From a bacterium (GTDB lineage Bacteria > Patescibacteriota > Patescibacteriia > UBA10025), in contig JAKAGM010000001.1 of the NCBI GenBank assembly GCA_021815445.1, positions 659,710-723,709 of the forward strand: a stretch of DNA of 64,000 bases. The letters are read 5' to 3'. This document shows positions 57,178 to 64,000 of the stretch, piece by piece. The notes beneath the pieces are model-generated. The model made no database searches, was not told where the DNA came from, and saw only the letters and a list, made by a program, of their open reading frames with translations. The translations under genes were made by a program, and so were the position numbers. Position 1 is the stretch's first letter. Each line of letters opens with the position of its first letter.

Positions 57178-58200
57178 ATGCCAAAAGTTACGAAAAAATC
57201 CTTGCTTCGGGAAACCATTGAACACATTAACATAAAGAAACTCAACGCCAAGCCGTTGATAAGTGCGTATAGCAAAATGTCATTTTCCGCACGCGACCTG
57301 GCGCGGGCGACGGAGATTTACAACATGATGCTTGCCGACAAGTCAGCTTCGGTTTGGCTCACCCTGGCCGGCTCCACCAGTGCCGCCGGCTGTATGCAGG
57401 TCTATGTGGACATGGTAAAAAACAACATGATTGACGCCATTGTCGCTACCGGCGCCTCTATCGTCGATATGGACTTTTTTGAGGCGCTCGGCTTTAAGCA
57501 CTATCGCGGCACGCCATTTATCGACGACGGCCTTTTGCGCTCGCTCTACATTGACCGCATTTACGACACGTTTATTAATGAGGAGGACTTGCAGGTTTGC
57601 GACCAGACTATCGCAAAAATCGCCGACTCGCTTGAGCCGCGGCCGTACTCGTCGCGGGAATTCATCTGGGAAATGGGTAGGTACCTTGCCAAACATTCTA
57701 AGAAAAAAGATTCCCTGGTCCAGGCGTGTTATGAGCATAACGTCCCGATTTTCTGTCCGGCCTTCTCCGATTCTTCGGCAGGATTCGGTATCGTGTACCA
57801 CCAATGGCATCACCGCGATAGCCACGTGTCGATTGATTCAGCTAAGGACTTCCTCGAGCTGACCATGGTCAAGATGAAAAGCAAACAAACCGGCCTGCTG
57901 ATGATCGGCGGCGGCGTGCCAAAAAACTTCGCCCAGGACACCGTAGTCTGCGCGGAAATCCTCGGCAAAGAAGCTCCGGTGCACAAGTATGCTGTGCAAA
58001 TTACTGTTGCTGATGTCCGAGACGGCGCCTGCTCGTCTTCAACACTGAAAGAAGCCAGCTCCTGGGGCAAAGTCAGTACTGTCCATGAGCAGATGGTGTT
58101 CGCCGAGGCGACAATGGCGCTGCCGCTGCTGGCGGCTGACGCCTACCAAACAGGCCACTGGAAAACCAGGAAAAAGCACAACCTGGCAAAGATTTTTTAA
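57178..58200 (+). CDS. deoxyhypusine synthase-like protein
   Basis: LTLAGSTSAAG, IDAIVATGASIVDMDFFEALG, LLMIGGGVPKNF motifs typical of the DHS/homospermidine synthase family. Start at MPKVTKK (57178). Confidence 0.75.
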   Translation: MPKVTKKSLLRETIEHINIKKLNAKPLISAYSKMSFSARDLARATEIYNMMLADKSASVWLTLAGSTSAAGCMQVYVDMVKNNMIDAIVATGASIVDMDFFEALGFKHYRGTPFIDDGLLRSLYIDRIYDTFINEEDLQVCDQTIAKIADSLEPRPYSSREFIWEMGRYLAKHSKKKDSLVQACYEHNVPIFCPAFSDSSAGFGIVYHQWHHRDSHVSIDSAKDFLELTMVKMKSKQTGLLMIGGGVPKNFAQDTVVCAEILGKEAPVHKYAVQITVADVRDGACSSSTLKEASSWGKVSTVHEQMVFAEATMALPLLAADAYQTGHWKTRKKHNLAKIF

Positions 58201-58276
58201 CTTCATATCAGCGCGATCCGCTCGATCTTAGCAGCTTGTTGAACAGAGGGCCTGATATCCTGTAATAACAATCCGA

Positions 58277-58312
58277 CCCCGCATATTCTGCGGGGCCGAA
58301 TTTTTTTGTTTT
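58277..58312 (+). terminator. rho-independent terminator after the DHS-like gene
   Basis: CCCCGCA-tattc-TGCGGGG followed by CCGAATTTTTTTGTTTTTT. Confidence 0.5.
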
Positions 58313-58326
58313 TTATCTCTCAGAGA

Positions 58327-59376
58327 CTAAAGCGTTTGGGGAGTCGACATGTACATACGCGCCGTCTCCTTCTCGATGAGTCCCTGATCGAATAATCGTT
58401 TAATGTCCTGATCCATGGTGACCATCCCCTCTTCTCCGGACGTCTGAATGGTGGTCTTGATCTGCGCTACCTTGTTTTCACGGATCAAGTTCGCGATTGC
58501 CGGTGTATTAATAAGAATTTCACGCGTCGCGATACGCCCTCCGCCTTTGCGAGGCAGCAGTTGCTGGGAAATAATGCCTTTTAAGAACATGGAAAGCTGG
58601 AGACGTACCTGTGATTGCTGGTAGGGAGGAAAAACGTCAATGATACGGTCGACAGTCTGTCCCGCATTGAACGTATGTAAAGTGGCAAGCACCAAATGGC
58701 CTGTTTCTGCGAGCGTTATTGTCGCCGCGATAGTCTCGAGATCGCGCATCTCACCGACGAGAATGACATTGGGATCCTGGCGCAAGACGTGTTTCAAGGC
58801 CTGGGCAAATGAGAGCATGTCGGTACCAAGCTGTCGCTGTTTGATAATGGCTTTGATGCTCGGATCGTTTTCGTAGATAAATTCAATGGGATCCTCAAGC
58901 GTGATGATGTGCACCGCACGTTCATGGGCTATCATGTTGATCATTGCGGCAAGAGACGTCGATTTGCCGCATCCTGTCGGACCGGTGACGAGCACTAACC
59001 CTTGCTTGAGACGCAAGAGATCATACACGATATTCGGCATCATCAGTTCTTCCAGCGTCGGGATAGTCTGTGAAATAATACGCGCGACAAGACCGGGGTG
59101 GTTGCGTTCCCAGTGGCAGTTGATGCGAAACCGGGACAGCCCGTTGATTTCGTGCGAAATATCAAGCTCGCGTTCGTTGAGATATATGGCTTTTTGGCGC
59201 TCGCTCATGAGCGAAAAGATCATCTCTGCCGCCTCTTTATCGCTTAGCTCGGGCAGCTTTTCATACTCGGTAAGGACCCCGTCAATACGAAAAATAGGCC
59301 TGCGTCCGACGACAAGGTGGATGTCCGAAGCGCCCCGGCCTACAGCTTCCTTAAAAATTGCGTCTATTTTTGTCAT
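58327..59376 (-). CDS. pilT: type IV pilus retraction ATPase PilT
   Basis: Walker A GPTGCGKST. Motifs ITLEDPIEF, ILVGEMRD, TGHLVLATLHT. 349 aa, typical PilT size. Confidence 0.85.
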   Translation of the reverse strand: MTKIDAIFKEAVGRGASDIHLVVGRRPIFRIDGVLTEYEKLPELSDKEAAEMIFSLMSERQKAIYLNERELDISHEINGLSRFRINCHWERNHPGLVARIISQTIPTLEELMMPNIVYDLLRLKQGLVLVTGPTGCGKSTSLAAMINMIAHERAVHIITLEDPIEFIYENDPSIKAIIKQRQLGTDMLSFAQALKHVLRQDPNVILVGEMRDLETIAATITLAETGHLVLATLHTFNAGQTVDRIIDVFPPYQQSQVRLQLSMFLKGIISQQLLPRKGGGRIATREILINTPAIANLIRENKVAQIKTTIQTSGEEGMVTMDQDIKRLFDQGLIEKETARMYMSTPQTL

Positions 59377-59647
59377 ATCCCATGAGACGTAAAAGTCGTT
59401 TTACCATCTTAAGCGACAGAAACGTTGTCTTCTTACTTCCGTAGTAGACACTGTTGCCAAAAGTCGCGAAGGCGATTGACGAGGTGGCAAATGATTTTGT
59501 TGTTCTCATCGTTTTTTGTTTTATTTTTTTACTTTCTGTAACCATTGTAACACATCTAAAGTAAAAAGTCAAACCGGCTCAACGAAAAAGTTGTATAAAT
59601 TGCGTATTGAAAAAAAATAGCTTTTGTGATATACTTGAATCCGTGAG

Positions 59648-60946
59648 ATGAAAAACAAATACTATAGCCTTATCAGCTTAGGTGTCCTGACTGCAGTAGC
59701 GTCGGGCGTGTTTGTGTTCGCCACACCGCATATTGCTCTTGCCGTTTCGGCTCCGACAATCCGCACACCAAAGAACGGCGCAGTGGTTGCTCCCGATACC
59801 AAGATAGTTGTTACGGGATTGGCACAGAATAATTCGACAATTTATTTTATTTTAGATAAAAAAGTTATCGGCGGGACAAAAGTGAAGAACGGCAAGAACA
59901 ATCTTGGCTCGTTTTCCTTCACGATAAAGCAAACGCTTTCCCGGGGCGTGAAACACTCCCTCGAATCTCAGGCGCTCAACAAAGGCGCAAAAAGTCCTTT
60001 TTCTTCACCAATAACGTTTACCTTGCCAAAAACATGGCCGCGGCGGCTGGATGGCGTTATCGTTGATGCTTCAAAGGCGAATGTCCTCCCCGTTGCCGTT
60101 ATGATAGAGAATCTTGCGCAAGTCAGGCCCCAGTCGGGACTTGCCTCGGCTTCAATAGTATACGAGGCTCTCGCCGAAGGAGGGATTCCGAGATTTATGG
60201 CAATCTTTGCGAGAGACGATATGCTGAAAGTCGGGCCTGTACGGTCCACGCGCCCGTATTACGTCGACATTGCAAAAGAATACGGCGGCCCGCTGTTGCA
60301 TGCGGGAGGAAGCCGGGATGCCTTCCAAGAAATCGGCCGCCTGCAAGTACGCAGCATAGACGCGTTGGTAAATAAAACGGCAAAATACTTTTTCCGCACG
60401 GGAACATCCCCGTCGACACATAATCTTTTTACCAATAAAACAAGAATTGCGGCAATCAAAAATGACTTTAAGCTGGAGTCGGTTATAGCGGGTTTTGACC
60501 CCTGGAAATTTAAGGATGACCCGGTGCTGTCCAAGCGGCCCAATGAAAAAAGACAGCTTACCATCGACTTTAAATCGGGGAGAGAGTACATTGTCATGTA
60601 CAAGTATGAGAGGGCGTCTAACAGTTACTTGCGGTTCAATGGAGGCAGGCCCCATCTCGACGCGAATTATCCCAAGGCGACGCAAATCAAAGTGAAAAAC
60701 GTCGTTGTCCAACTTATCGAAAAGGAAAAGGTTCTCGATGCAAAAAAGCATCTTGCCCTCCAGATCACGGGGTCGGGGAAGGGCTGGCTCCTGCAGGACG
60801 GCAAACTCCAACAGATTATCTGGAGGAAAGCAAAGGCAAACAGCCGGACAAAGTTCTATTTCACAAACGGCAAAGAGATTGAATTTGACCGCGGTAACAC
60901 GTGGGTCGAGATAGTGCCAAAAGACCGGCCGGTAACATATAAATAA
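59648..60946 (+). CDS. DUF3048-domain secreted protein (YerB-like)
   Basis: Signal peptide, then VMIENLAQVRPQSGLASASIVYEALAEGGIPRFMAIF, characteristic of DUF3048. Confidence 0.7.
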   Translation: MKNKYYSLISLGVLTAVASGVFVFATPHIALAVSAPTIRTPKNGAVVAPDTKIVVTGLAQNNSTIYFILDKKVIGGTKVKNGKNNLGSFSFTIKQTLSRGVKHSLESQALNKGAKSPFSSPITFTLPKTWPRRLDGVIVDASKANVLPVAVMIENLAQVRPQSGLASASIVYEALAEGGIPRFMAIFARDDMLKVGPVRSTRPYYVDIAKEYGGPLLHAGGSRDAFQEIGRLQVRSIDALVNKTAKYFFRTGTSPSTHNLFTNKTRIAAIKNDFKLESVIAGFDPWKFKDDPVLSKRPNEKRQLTIDFKSGREYIVMYKYERASNSYLRFNGGRPHLDANYPKATQIKVKNVVVQLIEKEKVLDAKKHLALQITGSGKGWLLQDGKLQQIIWRKAKANSRTKFYFTNGKEIEFDRGNTWVEIVPKDRPVTYK

Positions 60947-60972
60947 CTCCCCGACAAGAGTCATGCACGAAA

Positions 60973-61005
60973 CTGAGGATTGATCCTCAGTCGTGGTTTT
61001 CGGAT
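60973..61005 (+). terminator. terminator-like hairpin after the DUF3048 gene
   Basis: CTGAGGAT-tg-ATCCTCAG followed by TCGTGGTTTTCGG. Confidence 0.35.
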
Positions 61006-61059
61006 ATTCTTTGCTCGCGGTGCACTGTCCGAACCCCACACCATCAGATGGTGTGGGGT

Positions 61060-61192
61060 GAGTTTGCACCGCGACGTCTTTTTCCCGCCACCTTTATCTC
61101 AAACCATGGGGGCGGGATCCCGCCTATACGGCGGTGACTTTTCTCTCCACTTTTCTTTGGACGAGCAAAGAAAAGTGGAGCCCCTCCGGAGG
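61060..61192 (+). repeat. intergenic repeat element, copy 2 (same 15-bp-stem hairpin, with a ~52-bp internal insertion relative to copy 1)
   Basis: GAGTTTGCACCGCGACGTC...CTTTTCTCTCCACTTTTCTTTGGACGAGCAAAGAAAAGTGGAGCCCCTCCGGAGG. Hairpin at 61145-61180. Confidence 0.6.
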
Positions 61193-61320
61193 AGATCAGA
61201 AAACTTCCCGACAAGACTTTTTTCTCCTATCAATAGTGCATCTAACTTGTAAAAAATCTTTACACAGTTTATTTACCCGCCTCGTTATTAATTAAATTGA
61301 CAAAATGACTATTTTATGCT

Positions 61321-62070
61321 ATGATGTATACGATGATCAACTGGGAAAACGGCAAAAAAAACGTCAAAGAAAAAGAAGCGAAACGGACTGAGTTTATCTC
61401 CATCGTATCCCACCAACTACGGACGCCTCTTGCTATTGTCCGAGGATACCTCGAAGCGCTTCTCACCGACGACCTCGGCAAATTGACGGACGGACAGCGG
61501 GAATATGTATCTGAAGCGCTGAAAAAGAATAACACGATGATCCATCTTATCAATGACTACCTAAATGCGGCCCAGCTCGACCAGGGAAAGATTGAGATTC
61601 ACGCTGAACCGACGCAATTTGAGGAGCTCGTGGATGAAACAGTGCAGTCGTTAGTCACCTTCGCACAAGCGTCGAACTGCGAGCTTACCTTCGAGAAGCC
61701 GAAAGAGAAGCTCCCCCCGCTGAACATAGACCCGATTAAAATTCAGCAGGTGATCGAGAATGTCATTTCAAACGCCGTCAAATATACAGGCAGGGGCGGA
61801 AAAGTGAAAACGTCACTCATAAAGAAAGAAAATGGCGTTGAGTTTGTCTGCCAAGATACCGGCGTCGGTATTCCGCAACAACAACAGGATGAGATCTTCA
61901 CCCGTTTTTTTCGCGGCCACAATGTCATAGGCAAAGATACCCAGGGGTCAGGGCTCGGACTCTTTATTGCAAAAACGATTATCGACGCGTCTAGCGGGAA
62001 AATTTGGTTTGAATCGGAAGAAGGCAAGGGAACCACTATGCATGTCTTTCTTCCTCTTACAAAAACATAA
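61321..62070 (+). CDS. cytoplasmic histidine kinase (HisKA + HATPase_c only)
   Basis: H-box FISIVSHQLRTPLAIV, N-box ENVISNAVKYT, G-boxes DTGVGIP and GSGLGL. No TM or sensor domain. Confidence 0.8.
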   Translation: MMYTMINWENGKKNVKEKEAKRTEFISIVSHQLRTPLAIVRGYLEALLTDDLGKLTDGQREYVSEALKKNNTMIHLINDYLNAAQLDQGKIEIHAEPTQFEELVDETVQSLVTFAQASNCELTFEKPKEKLPPLNIDPIKIQQVIENVISNAVKYTGRGGKVKTSLIKKENGVEFVCQDTGVGIPQQQQDEIFTRFFRGHNVIGKDTQGSGLGLFIAKTIIDASSGKIWFESEEGKGTTMHVFLPLTKT

Positions 62071-62089
62071 CCACTCTTGAACACGTCCT

Positions 62090-62464
62090 ATGTCCACACA
62101 CAAAAAAATACTGCTGATAGAAGACGATCTGTATCTTTTAAAAATCTACGGTAATAAATTGCGCCTCAATAACTTCGACGTTGCCGTGGCAACAACCGGC
62201 GAAGAAGGTTTGCACAAGGCGGCAGTCGAAAAACCAAATCTGATACTGTTGGACCTCATGCTTCCCGGCATAGACGGGTTTCAAGTACTGGAAGATTTAA
62301 AAAGGAAAAAGGATACCCAAGACATCCCCGTCATCATCTTGTCCAACCTCGGCCAGGAATCAGACATCCACACGGGCAAGAGCCTCGGCGCCAAAGATTA
62401 CCTCGTCAAAGCTAATCTCTCACTGATCCACCTGGTGGATAAAATCAACAAATATCTGGCATAA
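62090..62464 (+). CDS. single-domain response regulator (CheY-like receiver)
   Basis: ILLIEDD...ILLDLMLPGIDG...K pattern. 124 aa, no output domain. Confidence 0.8.
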   Translation: MSTHKKILLIEDDLYLLKIYGNKLRLNNFDVAVATTGEEGLHKAAVEKPNLILLDLMLPGIDGFQVLEDLKRKKDTQDIPVIILSNLGQESDIHTGKSLGAKDYLVKANLSLIHLVDKINKYLA

Positions 62465-62478
62465 AGATTGTTTCACCC

Positions 62479-64000
<1,522 letters not shown>

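Noticed and set aside
60152-61069. 305-aa minus-strand ORF antisense to the DUF3048 gene
   Set aside because: Overlaps a gene with a clear signal peptide and family motif on the other strand. No motifs of its own.

Overview
This 64-kb window looks like a chromosomal fragment of a small-genome bacterium with a Gram-positive-type cell envelope. The gene content suggests a Candidate Phyla Radiation/Patescibacteria-like organism: a PrgI/VirB4/VirB6 conjugation-like locus with giant surface proteins, rny-ymdB, nrnA, lspA, DUF3048, and no outer-membrane or LPS genes. This placement is inference from gene content only.

Layout:
- **1-17.2 kb:** one long minus-strand operon behind a near-consensus TTGACT-17-TATAAT promoter. 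It encodes a type IV secretion/conjugation-like apparatus: a thrombospondin-repeat membrane protein, a 2865-aa Cys-rich surface giant, a 1222-aa VirB6/TrbL-like membrane protein, two hypotheticals, PrgI-like, and the start of a VirB4-like ATPase that runs off the window.
- **17.3-44.6 kb:** rsmA, an MFS transporter, tsaC, Nramp, a soluble MgtE-N/CBS protein, and a leucyl-tRNA synthetase carrying two inserted enzymatic domains (NUDIX and serine alpha/beta-hydrolase). Then a LysM-M23 peptidase, a histidine kinase / membrane protein / dual-receiver module, comM, lspA, a dksA-like gene, a 1559-aa FG-GAP propeller surface protein, gdhA, trxA, and a CsoR-family regulator next to a perfect 20-bp palindrome that recurs twice around a uridine-kinase-like gene.
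- **44.6-54.6 kb:** a tRNA cluster (Ala-GGC, Ala-CGC, Arg-CCT), bactofilin, a DAG-kinase-like protein, infB-rbfA-nrnA, clpP, rny-ymdB and hup.
- **54.8-57.0 kb:** an accessory islet with a PG-binding gene, a HEPN/Abi-like gene, tRNA-Lys(CTT) with a diverged duplicate of its 5' half plus a GIY-YIG nuclease, and tRNA-Arg(TCG) with a duplicated 3'-end fragment.
- **57.2-64.0 kb:** a deoxyhypusine-synthase homologue, pilT, a DUF3048 protein, and a histidine kinase / receiver / pilB unit.

A ~75-bp element built around a perfect 15-bp-stem hairpin occurs in two long intergenic regions. No CRISPR array, rRNA gene or classical transposase was seen. All calls come from reading the six-frame translations and the DNA by eye; no searches were run.
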